DNA of 63,379 nucleotides, the filler included, from Intoshia linei (lineage: Eukaryota > Animalia > Orthonectida), in the NCBI GenBank assembly GCA_001642005.1. It is 5 parts of 5 records of this genome, joined end to end, with 100 filler letters (N's around TTAATTAATTAA, not from the genome) between each part and the next. Parts side by side here need not be neighbours in the genome. Positions count along the whole stretch, not along the records: positions 52,356 to 60,863 come from LWCA01001451.1; positions 60,964 to 63,379 come from LWCA01002319.1; 3 more parts are not named here. One strand, written 5' to 3'. The position numbers were made by a program, and so were the translations under genes. A model generated the notes under the pieces. It was not told the DNA's origin. It saw only the letters and a list, made by a program, of their open reading frames with translations, and did not search any database. How positions within the stretch are numbered: position 1 is the stretch's first letter; the number at the start of each line of letters is the position of its first letter. This document shows, one piece after another, positions 52,356-63,379 of the stretch.

Positions 52356-53018
52356 GTGAGAAATAGGCAAGTATGTATTAACTTCCCAAATTTTTGGAAA
52401 AATCGAAGCGAAAAAATTAGAAAAATTTTTCTGGTAGTATATGGGTTAATATGTTATCCCAATTTTGTTTAAATTTTTGATGATAGTTCGGATTTTTTAG
52501 ATAGAGCGCATACTTGTTCATTAAATTTTTAAGTTTGACTTTTACTAATCCTAATGTAATCGGTCCCAGAGTGCACTTCATCCATAAAGAATATAGTTCT
52601 ATTGCAGTTTTATCACAGTAATAAGATTTTCGTTGTGAATTATTTTCCATTTTTAAAAAATGATATCTCCTTATTAATTTTTTTATAGTAGGTAATCTCG
52701 ATAAATTACTATGCGGTTCACCTACCACTACTCCATAAGGACGCGTCCACCTCATACTTTTTTTGAATACTTCATTTTTGGATCTCGACATTTCAATTTT
52801 ATATCATTAATTTATTAATTATAAGATTAATAAATAAATAAAATTGTGTAATAAAGTATAATTCACATTTTTAAAAATCAAAATATCATAAGTGTTTTTA
52901 ATTTTAGGCGGGATTAATTTCAATTAAATGAATTAATTTTCACATATTCGTGATCAGTGCATAAAAACACACTTATATGCAAATATACTTTTCGATCTTT
53001 AAAAAAGTGGACACCCTA
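52356..53018 (-). mobile_element. hATm-type element left end with transposase N-terminus (52417-52791)
   Basis: Left end TAGGGTGTCCACTTTTTT..TATATTTGCAT resembles 44810; ORF 'RLPTIKKLIRR..LYSLW.K....I...VKVKL'. Confidence 0.75.
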
Positions 53019-54920
53019 ATGGTCATATTACAGTATAGTATAAACACTATCAAAACCTGGTCTATTCATTTTCATATAGAACAGAATCGACTGTAATTAA
53101 AAGATTCGAAATTTCCCACTCAATGTTTGTTCAAACAAAATTTTTGTGTTCATATTAATTTTAGTTCATATTCTAGGGTGTTTATATAGAACAGAATCGA
53201 CTGTAATTAAAAATTAAATTAAATTAAAAAAACCAATTTCTAGTACAGTTCTTCTATAGTGATGTTTTATCGCACATGATTGTAAGAAAGTAAGTTATTA
53301 ATGGTCAAAATCCCAAATTACTTTGTTTTTAAAAACTATTCATTAAAGTTTAAATAAATTCATTTCCATTTAACATACACAAAAAATTCAAACTCTTAAA
53401 TTGACACCTTTACGATCAAAAAAGCATGTTAGTGTAGATTTTTTTTATTTATTAACAAAAATGTGAAACTAAAATATTCTATAACAAATCATTCTAGAAT
53501 TTTAAAAAAATTGCAAATTGACCGTATACGTATTTGAAATACAAAAATATGGATTTAAATCTCATCAATTGATTCCTTCTGTTTTTTTATCATTGCTGCG
53601 CAATTTTTCATTTTTAAAAACTTATAAAGTTTAAAATCAACTTTAATATAACTTTTTAAATATAATTTTGATAACATTCATGTAGTTCATGAATCCATCA
53701 ATAATAATTATTATTGATACAAAATATTGTTTATTGAGCTAAAGTCACCAAATGTAATAAGTAATATCAATTTTAGTTTATTTGGAATATAATCATCAAG
53801 TTCGTCATCAGAAATAAGTGGTTTTGGCTTTAAATTTAACACCAAATAAAATAAAATTGATAGTACTTATTTAATCTGATCACTTTAACTTAACGAATTA
53901 AGATACTGAACATATTTTATCACATTGTGATAAAATAGAAAACAAGAAACATATACTACAGGTATTTACAATTTTAGTTTTTCTATTGTAGTACTTAAAT
54001 AAGACAAAAAACATTAATAAACCTGGTATAAATCCATTAAAAACTGTTAAAAATAATTACCATCAAACCCATAAAAATAATGCGGAAAAGACTAATAATG
54101 CTAATGAAAAAAAGACTAGATCAATTAAAATATTTATACATTTTTTCGTAATGTAGATTAATCTACTATTAAATAACTCAAATTACAATATTAACAATGT
54201 AAGTTACAATATCAAATACTAAAATAACGAAAACAGTGAATGGTTTAACTCACTAATGCATACATCTAATTAAAATACATTAATACACATTAATGTACCA
54301 TTATAAAGTCATATTATGTCACACTATATTAAAATTTAATATAATATGACTTTAATTTAAATTTAATTATATCATTAATTGGAATTAAAATTGAAATATG
54401 AAAAATAGAAATAGAGTCAACACTCAAAAAGTTACCGCCCTTATAATATGGTCGTATCTTTAAAAAATTTGGCTTCAGTGTTATTACTTTTAATTCTCGA
54501 TTACAACTTATTTAATCGGTTCAGGTATAAATAATATAAAATTAAATTTAATTATAAATTATTTTAAAAGTTTATAAACACTAAAAAATAAATGATTTCA
54601 GAATCATGATTTCGTAATTACATTAATAATGACAGAAAAGTCGGATTAATTTAATCTTAAATTTAATATTTAAATATTTTTCAATGTTGAATATTATTAA
54701 TCAGTTAACTTTTCAACTTAAACGTTTACTTTTTTACATTGCACTTTTTTTAGTAAAACAATTTTAGCGTGATTATAATCTAACTTTCACCTGTCAATTG
54801 ATTATTAAATTGATTTTTATGAAACACTTATCTGTTTGAACCAAATAATATTAAATTAATATCATAAAACACATTATCGTACATGTATGTAATTGCTATA
54901 ATACATAAATACATCAAAAC

Positions 54921-56621
54921 CTTTAAACATTGGAACTGTAAACCATATTCCAACAATTCCGCGGCTAGTATACTGTCCAATTGCTGTTTCCATGACAAAA
55001 ATTGGAAATGTTACAAAAATAAGAATGAGAAAATAAGGAATAAGAAATGCGCCTAAATATTAAAAAAATATTACTTTATATATATTAGGGGTTTCATGTT
55101 TTGTATAATTATCTATAAATCTAATCTGGGTTTATAAAACATTATATAGTTACAGTATAATTAAGCAAGATTTATAAAATTGCATAAACTATTTAATAAA
55201 ATATCAAAAATATTCTACTTTAAAAAATGTAATTTTTTATTGTAATTTGTCAAGTTTTAATATCATTTAAAGTAGAATTTTTCATTAAGGGTTGGTTTAT
55301 TTATGGCTCTAAACTAAACGTCTTGTATAAAATTTCATGATAAATAATTTTTTTAAATGTTTTTATATAAATTTCAAGTGATTTTAAGAATAAAATAAAC
55401 AAAACTTTATTTAGAAAAATAAAATAAATTTTAGTTTAAACTCATCTATTTTCCTCGAAGGGTTGGAAAATAATTTTTATATGTGGAGTTAGTAAAATGA
55501 ATTTTTCTTCGAAAAGTTAGTAAAAAATTTCTTCTATATGAGGTTGGTATAATGAATTTTCCTCAAAGACTTGGTAAAACAATTTTTCTATAAATATCTT
55601 TAAAATACTTAAAAAAATATGCTGAGTATCATAAATGGGCCAACTATCAAAAGATCGTAAATCAAAATATCGTAAAATTACATGATGGTAATTTAAAAGA
55701 TCGTAAAAATATACTAATATTAGAATTTATAATTGAATAAAAAATTATTCTCTGGTGTAAACACCATAGAATATTTCTAATTTTTTTGTAATATGGTTTG
55801 TAGGTATCATATAGTATCTTGATATTTCAGTTTTAATTTAGGTCTAATATCTGATCTACGATCAAAAAATTACAATCATGTGATTTTACGATCATTTGAA
55901 CGGACACGCATAAATGATACTCAGACAGCGAAAGGCTTAAGAAATTTTCCAACATTACATATTAATAAATTAAAATATTGTGTACAATTTGTGCCCATGA
56001 TTGTAACCCTGGCCATGTTACCCCATAGCCACAATTGATCTTCTTATTGATTATGTTAGTAAATGTTTTTAGTTAATGTATAACTTTTAAATGTCACAAT
56101 TATTTTTTAGGGCGCAGAGGATGAAAAATAAATAAATGGTTATTCTATTGTTCATTATTACAGTCTTACTGTCTAGGTCTGAATTTAATTCTAAAAATAT
56201 CACCTCCACCATTTTTATAACACAAATACGGAAATCTCCAAATATTGGCCAAATCAACAGCAAAGCCAATAGTAGATAGTAAATAATCAATATTTTTATG
56301 CCACGTATCACGATTAAAAGAATCTTGATTAGTATTATCAAAAAAATCTACATCCTCTGGATTAGTCTGTGATTGGTTAATACTTTGCAAGAGCCACCCT
56401 CTAGTCGAATTTTCAAGTTTGCTCGATTTAATCTTTGAAAATTTACATTTAATGAAACTGAATGGATTATGAAAAAGACTATCTTGTTTAGGAATACATT
56501 TTGCATCAACATTAATTTGATTTGCAGATGAATCAATCTTGTGAATGGTATTAGACAGGTCACTATCAAGATGTGAAATGAGGTTAGGTAATGACTTGTG
56601 TTGTTTTTTGGTTTCAAGCAT
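54921..56621 (-). CDS. SLC6 monoamine (DAT/NET-type) transporter, 5' exons 56204-56621 and 54921-55052 only
   Basis: [35 protein letters not shown]|[24 protein letters not shown]. Confidence 0.88.
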
Positions 56622-57019
56622 ATCTATTACACCTGTTTTAATTTTCAACAGATAATTGTATATTATAATTAGAAATGTTAAATTTCTAATTTCACACTTG
56701 ATATATAGATATTGACTCGAATAGGTCTCCTACATTTTATTTGTATTTTTTGTATAAATTCAATTACATTCAATGTGCCTTCAATTGTGTGAAATGTAAA
56801 TCACTTAATTTTATCAAATGAAAAGTGAAACTTTTTTAATTGTATTGATTTTTAAACAATTTAAACAAAGTTTAATATATACGATACAAGTGCACAGCAG
56901 TTTTGAATTTTAATTTTTAAATGTGAAATTTAAAAATGCAAATTGAAATAAATAGACCAAGTGGATTCGTTACATATAAATAGTAATTAATTCAAGATTT
57001 AATTAAATAAATTCAAGCA

Positions 57020-57593
57020 TTAAGCTGTTTCGGTTACTGCATCATCTTCCACCGGTTTATATAAAATGACAAATATTGCCAAACCCAAAGCAATTTCAAT
57101 TAATATGGCAAAAATCTATGTAAATTTAATTATAAAGGTGAATTAGATAATAAACAAAAAAATGAAAAAACTTACGCCAGCCACAATATGCGAAGTGTAA
57201 GAATAATAAAATAGTACAATTAATTGCGGTATAAACAAAATCATCAAGACTCCATTTATACCAAGTTCCTAAACTAAATAAACAATTGAATATCAAATAA
57301 ATACAATTAATTTCCAATTTCCAAGATTGACGTCTTTTACATATTTAATTACAATTGCCAGCGTTGAGCCTATTAGTAATAATGTCAGAATTATACCATA
57401 TGCCAAAGGTCCTGTCGCTGTAAAGCACACTGCTATAAAAAATACCAATGCAACCAACTAGATTTTAATTATTTTGACATTAATTTTGTTGTTAGTTTTT
57501 ATATTATATTATATTTTATATTAATTATTTTAATATTACCAATTTAATTGCATTGATTCGAAATGAAAATGTATTTGGAATATAGTCAACCAT
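57020..57593 (-). CDS. Small four-exon multi-TM protein (MARVEL-like topology)
   Basis: Exons ~57540-57593, ~57340-57457, ~57176-57268 and 57020-57114 encode four hydrophobic stretches separated by micro-introns. Confidence 0.5.
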
Positions 57594-58144
57594 TTTGAAA
57601 TTGTAATTAAATTGTATATTTATTTCAAATTTGTTTCATATATCCATGATACCCATTGTTGCAAATCGTTGAACGATTATCGTTCGTTTAATAACTAAAC
57701 CATGTTAAAGTTTGGCTAAACAAGTTTCAGCACATTCAAATATTTATAGTTGATGATGGATTGTCGATACTTTTTAGATCATTACTGGAAAATGTAATGT
57801 TTGAACTTAATTTATACTCCGTTGATTTACATTACATTTTCCATGTGTAATATGAACAAGGTGAGGACCACTTTATATTATGAAAATCGATACAGGTGAA
57901 AATTTTTCATTTACTAATATTTGTATTTCATATCTAAGTACTTCATTAATCACATAAACTTAAGATGATTAAAGGGGTTGGTTACAAAAAAAATTATTTT
58001 TTTAGATTTTGAAGATTTAACTTGGCTGGATTATTAATTTGATAAACCATAATTTTATTCGTTATTTCCAATTCTATTCATCTCTGTTGTAACTTACATA
58101 TTAGAATTTTTAAATAATTATATATGAAACTGTCAGCATTCAGC

Positions 58145-59145
58145 CTAGCTTAAATTATAAAAACCTATTTTGTAATTTTCAATGTGATAATATATATATT
58201 CAGTACCAATTTAATAAATAATGATAATAATTAATAATAAAAATAACAATTGTGTATCAATAATTAACTGAATCTTCACTTTATAAACATTTCAGTCGAA
58301 TTTTACCATTATTGCAAAGAATTGTAATATAAAAATTATATTAAAAAAGTTTTTTAGTTTCTTGTTTAAATTTGAATGTTTTAAAAATAAGAATTTGAGA
58401 TTTAAAAATTGCGTAGCAATAAAAAAAATTCCGAATGAATGAATTATATAGATTTTTACCCATATGTCTTTATTGGAAATGTGTAGACGTACAATGCACA
58501 TTTTTTTTAAATTGTAGAATATTTTTATTTTAATCGAAATATTTGAAAAATTTTGGTTGATAATATATTAAAAATTATTTTTTACCGGGAATGCGTAGAT
58601 TTCTGAGGTTAAAATTTTGTATATATATTAACTGGAATAAGCTCTATCAAAATAACTGTTTTTTTAATTTTCGGACAGTTAATTATTTCACATTTTTTGT
58701 TTTAATAAAATATTTCGAAAAAAAAAATATATGAATATTAAAATGCTTTTTTGACTGTGAAGTCGTCACTTATTCAGATTGAAATTTTGTATGTGTGTTA
58801 ACAGGATACAAATGTACCACCTGTAATGTTTTGAAATTCTAGGGCTGTTTTTATTAAAAAAAGAAGGGTAATTTGTGGTTTTGCCCTGAAGATATAATTT
58901 TTTGAAATTTAAATTTATGATTTTAAAATTCGCATCATTGTATATATGTTTTTAAATTCCTTAACTCGTTTGATTTTTATAAAGAGGGACAACTCGTAAG
59001 ACTTGACCCGTAAGATATGAAATTGGGAGGTTGAAATTATGTTTACGCACATCCCCGAAAAAAACTGTAATTGAAATTTGAACTTTATAAAATTCTAAGA
59101 TGGGTAGTTATGTAAATAAAGCGTAACACACATACAAACAAAAAT
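58145..59145 (-). mobile_element. Helitron copy, 5' end truncated or interrupted near the mariner
   Basis: High similarity to 19740-20700 and 33710-34190. Confidence 0.75.
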
Positions 59146-59161
59146 AGCGTAGCAGATTATA

Positions 59162-59716
59162 TTAGGTTGGCAACTAAGTTTTTGCCGTTTTTTAATTATG
59201 CAATATTTAGTTATGCAATAGTTACTGGCGAGTAAAAATGGTGCCTGTATATTAATATGAAGCAGCGCAAGGAATGGCTTGGGCCAATATAAAGGCGACA
59301 CCACGCGTGAAACAAGATCTTCATCCGCGTAAAACAATTTTATGTGTATGGTGGGACTGGGAGGAGATTATTTATGACAAATTGTGGGAAAGAAATCAAA
59401 CAGTCAATGCGAAATTTTATGTTTAACAGATGGAACGACTAAAAACGGCTATTTAGGAAAAGAGACATAATCGACAGCACGGTGTTTTTTTACTACATGA
59501 AAACGCTCGCCCTCATATCGCAAATATGACCAAAGAAGCTATTCAAAGACACGGCTGGGAGATGCTACCATACACGTCATACTCGCCTGATTTGGCACCA
59601 CCATTCTTTGCGCTGCTTTATATTAATATACAGGCACTATTTTTCATTGCCAGTAACTATTGCATAACTAAATATATCATAATTAAAAAACGGCAAGAAC
59701 TTAGTTGCCAACCTAA
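59162..59716 (+). mobile_element. Mariner derivative with ~115-bp long inverted termini
   Basis: TTAGGTTGGCAACTAAG.. inverted at both ends. Internal transposase piece LHPRK.ILCVWWD..LLHENARPH..YSPDLAP. Confidence 0.92.
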
Positions 59717-60217
59717 TTTTAAGTTAGGATTATTGCTATAAATGTATGACTTTTTATTTAATTGTACCAGTTTTTTAGGAATGTAAAGGCGTAACGTTTT
59801 AAAAATACCACCTTCTAATACTAATGTTTCGTCGATTAAATTCTCAGATAATTAGATAAATCAAATTTTCGGTTATAATACGATATAATTAGTGGATTCA
59901 ATTAAATATTACACTTTAGCAACAAATTGTAAAACTTGGAATAAATTGTACTGTGCAACATCTAAGGATGATGTTCCCCCAACGGTTACAAATAGAAAAA
60001 AAACTTGTCCAGGTTAGTAGTAATTTGATATATTAGGTGTTTTACGCAGAGTTGTACACGTATTATCAAAAAATCCAATTTACTTATTAATTTATCAGGA
60101 AAAAACTCAACTGTGCAACAACATACCAATTTTTTTTTTAATTTTTGCTTTACACTGAATTCATTTGTCAAATGAATGCTACCTTTTTTAACTAGGGCAA
60201 ATTTTGATATCCTTATA

Positions 60218-60790
60218 CGCATCAAATTACAATCAAAATGATAATAATTTTACGTGTATTAATTGGTTAATTAAAATTTGATAAAGTTAATAAAGTTAAA
60301 TTATATTTTTAACAATTAATTTTGTTGTACCCATTTCGTTTTGTACTTTTATTTTATGCATGATTGTAGTATATAAACTTATTATTAATTTTTATATCAT
60401 ATTATTTATTCTTAACTTATTTCTATTCAGAATATAGGTAATTTAACAATACTTTTATATGATTAATGTTTTTTAAGCATGCCAAAATATGCGAAATTTA
60501 AATATAAAAAAATTTACAATATTACAAAACTTTATTCTAGTGAATTTACTAAAAATGACGACAATATATTTTGTATGAAATGTTATTGCAATGTTACTTT
60601 TACAAAATTAAATTTTGTTCAATTACACCGCAAATTAGCAAAATACAAGAGTTTTATGCATATTGTCAGTATTAGAAGTTTAATTAAAACGTCGAATGAC
60701 TTTGCAACAGAAATAGTGGAAACATTTTTATTTGCGGACATATTTCTAAAAAGTTAAATAACGTCAAGTTAAGAACAATATTTAAAAAAA
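60218..60790 (+). mobile_element. CGGBP1-like hAT relic, second copy
   Basis: Near-identical to 24720-25340; ORF 60479-60757. Confidence 0.7.
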
Positions 60791-60863
60791 TTTAAAATTT
60801 AAAAAAAAAAGTACCACTTTTTACATATTAATCCAATATTCAAAATTAGTGTTGATTTCGATA

Positions 60864-60963
60864 NNNNNNNNNNNNNNNNNNNNNNNNNNNNNNNNNNNNN
60901 NNNNNNNTTAATTAATTAANNNNNNNNNNNNNNNNNNNNNNNNNNNNNNNNNNNNNNNNNNNN
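60864..60963. other. Artificial scaffold spacer
   Basis: 100 nt of N with central TTAATTAATTAA. Confidence 0.97.
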
Positions 60964-61846
60964 TTATATATTCAGAGTCTGAAATTCAGAAAAGATTATT
61001 CACTTGACAATCACTTGCGAAATATTTGCATAAATGTTTAATTCAATTTAAAATTTAAATACATATAACTCTGGCATATTTAAATTTGCCTAGTAAATAA
61101 ATTTATAGATTAAATTCATATAGCTGAGTGCACCTGATAATTATAATCAAACAAAGTAATTATTAATTACTTTGTATTTTGTTGTGATATTTATTATTTT
61201 CAAATATAATTTTAAAAAAAATGTGTGGTTGTCATAGAAATTTTAACCCGAGTAATCTCAATTAACCAGAGTTGCCACTGTATTATAAATTATTATATAT
61301 ACTAGATTAGTGGTTCTTAACCGCCATGCACGAAGTTGTTTTTTTTTATTAATTATAGTAATTAGATGATTAAAAAATAAAGTAATCTCCTAGCATTAAT
61401 AACTTATTTATTATTATTTTATAGATTTTTATATTTAGTTTAATAAATAATATACTAATAAATTAATTATAGTCAAATGATATTTTTGTCTAAGAAAAAT
61501 ACAAGTTAAATAATAAGTACATACGTGTATCAAGAATTTCAAGATATTTATTTTTTGATTGGATTAAGAGGTTTTTCTCGTAGGGTTTGGTAGCATCAAA
61601 ATTTTTAACAAAATATCGGAAAAAGGGATTTAGGGAAAATTTCCCTGAAGGGTTGTTAAATTGTAATTTTTATTTTGGGATTATATTAAGATGTTTTCCA
61701 CGTCAGGTTTAGTAAAATGGATTTTAGAAAAATTCGTCTATTAATCAGGAATTGTTTTCCATTAAATAGGAATTAACCTATATAATTATTATAATAATAT
61801 AAATTGAAAAATTTGAAAACAATTGTAAATTATATAAAATATGTTA

Positions 61847-62635
61847 TCAAAAATTAAGATAAACCTTCAAAAAGATTACTATCCTATTATGAATTGTTTT
61901 AATATTTTTAACTGTAGTTGCAGAGCTGTGTAAGATATGTGAAATTTCTGAATTTTGAAAGATAATTGGTTCTATTAACTCTGGTTTAGTTTGGATATAT
62001 TTTTTATTATTCGTATCAACTATTTTAACATTAAACATATTGTCTTGATTTATATATATTAATTTCTTTCCCATTAGATGTCGTTTTTGTGTAATTGTAT
62101 TATAGGAATACAGTTTGTCTTTACTGCGTACATAAAAATAATCCACATTATAGGCATAAGTAGTAATATAATATATATCAATATAATTAAAATCGTCGAT
62201 TTTAGTAAATTCAGTAGAATTTTTATAAAAAATAAAATTGCCACTGTAAATTATCGTCCATTTTTCATTTTGCTTTATATAACTGAAATTTGAACTGAAC
62301 TCTTTATATTTTGTTGATATTATTTGAAATTCTTTTGAAAAATTTAAAAAAAATATATAAGTAACAGTATGATCCGATTTGACATGGTTGATTATTACAA
62401 AATTAGGGCTTTTTTGTATATATTTTAATATATTATTTGCTTCTTTTTTTAATTCCCAATGTTTTACTATTTTTCCATCTTGATATTTGTATATTCTTAC
62501 ACCATTAAAGCAGAAAATGTAATAGTTATCTAGACGTTTATATATTCCGTGTTTATTCGTATTTTTTTCTTGCTTTACTTGAAATTCTACACATTTTACT
62601 TGGATAAGAAGTATTAAAACCAGCAAAATATACAT
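61847..62635 (-). CDS. Unknown secreted protein (possibly first exon; GT donor near 61864)
   Basis: 262-codon ORF with signal-peptide-like MYILLVLILLIQVKC and an aromatic, beta-strand-like composition. Confidence 0.65.
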   Translation of the reverse strand: MYILLVLILLIQVKCVEFQVKQEKNTNKHGIYKRLDNYYIFCFNGVRIYKYQDGKIVKHWELKKEANNILKYIQKSPNFVIINHVKSDHTVTYIFFLNFSKEFQIISTKYKEFSSNFSYIKQNEKWTIIYSGNFIFYKNSTEFTKIDDFNYIDIYYITTYAYNVDYFYVRSKDKLYSYNTITQKRHLMGKKLIYINQDNMFNVKIVDTNNKKYIQTKPELIEPIIFQNSEISHILHSSATTVKNIKTIHNRIVIFLKVYLNF

Positions 62636-62891
62636 AGCAATGTTTCGATTTTCAAATATTGACTTAACTATTACAATTTTATTACTTTAAACGACATGTA
62701 TGTTAGTGATTACCTATCAATTCACACATTTATTTGTTTATACCCTGAGTACAAAAAAAAGTTGGCCACCGATATTTGGTTTGATTCATAATCAGATGAT
62801 CTGACATTAAATATCATTGTTAGATAATTTACAGATATCACTACATTATTACTAATAAACTTAAATACAAAAATGTATAATACAAATTTAG

Positions 62892-63077
62892 AAACGAGTA
62901 GGTAGATGTATGATGGATTGTGCAGATGATTTTAAAGATAAAACCTTATCTAGCAATATGGAGGATATGAAAAATTCATTTATGCTAAATTGTGCTAAAA
63001 AATGCAGTGACAAACATTTGCTTAATTTACCCAGTATTGAAAAAAGACTTAAACAAATTGTAGAAAAATATAAATAA
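62892..63077 (+). CDS. FAM136A: FAM136A-like C-terminal exon
   Basis: After an AG: KRVGRCMMDCADDFKD..NCAKKCSDKHLLNLPSIEKRLK*, two Cx3C motifs colinear with FAM136A 'RLARC..HC.D..KD..C...C.DDH....P....K'. Confidence 0.7.
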   Translation, partial: KRVGRCMMDCADDFKDKTLSSNMEDMKNSFMLNCAKKCSDKHLLNLPSIEKRLKQIVEKYK

Positions 63078-63379
63078 AATCTATTTTCTACTTGTTAAGC
63101 ATTTGGTATTTTATATAGCGTATATCAGGGATGCACAACCTGTCGATCGCCAAAATTAGAATTAATTTTTTATCTTAATAATACTTGTTATTAACACTTT
63201 TGCATTCAGACATTTTTTGTTTACATATTATTATTTGTATACGAAAATTCATGTTTGTAAAAAGTTTGTTTACGTAATTAGCATCAATATTAAGTTCACC
63301 TTTTAAACTGCATATACAATGCATATTAGGGGCGTCTAGTTTGATTTTAAAGCGTCTCTTTTAATTTCATTTAAAGGTT

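Overview
Very AT-rich eukaryotic (metazoan) genomic DNA with tiny (~35-55 nt) GT-AG introns and dense, often nested, decayed DNA transposons. This architecture would fit a genome-reduced invertebrate parasite such as an orthonectid; that is inference only. Five contigs are joined by four artificial 100-nt N/TTAATTAATTAA spacers. Spliced genes recognised by hand: farnesyltransferase beta (FNTB, -), WAVE/SCAR (+), stonin/stoned-B (+), TEX9-like coiled-coil (-, partial), a C-terminal-only FANCD2 relic with an in-frame stop (+), an ShKT-domain exon (-), a 4-TM tetraspanin-like gene (+), a histidine-rich repeat ORF (-), an OATP/SLCO 5' part (+), a DAT/NET-type SLC6 5' part (-), a small 4-TM gene (-), an unknown secreted protein (-) and a FAM136A C-terminal exon (+). 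Mobile elements: pogo/Tigger, Tc1 (DD35E spacing), DD41D, long-TIR mariner, piggyBac, several hAT groups and MITEs, and a multi-copy non-autonomous Helitron family. Most notable: a hATm-type element whose TSD-matched ends enclose the His-rich ORF (gene capture or misassembly), the FANCD2 relic, and a His at the Y361-equivalent position of FNTB. All homology calls are from motif recognition by eye; no searches were run.
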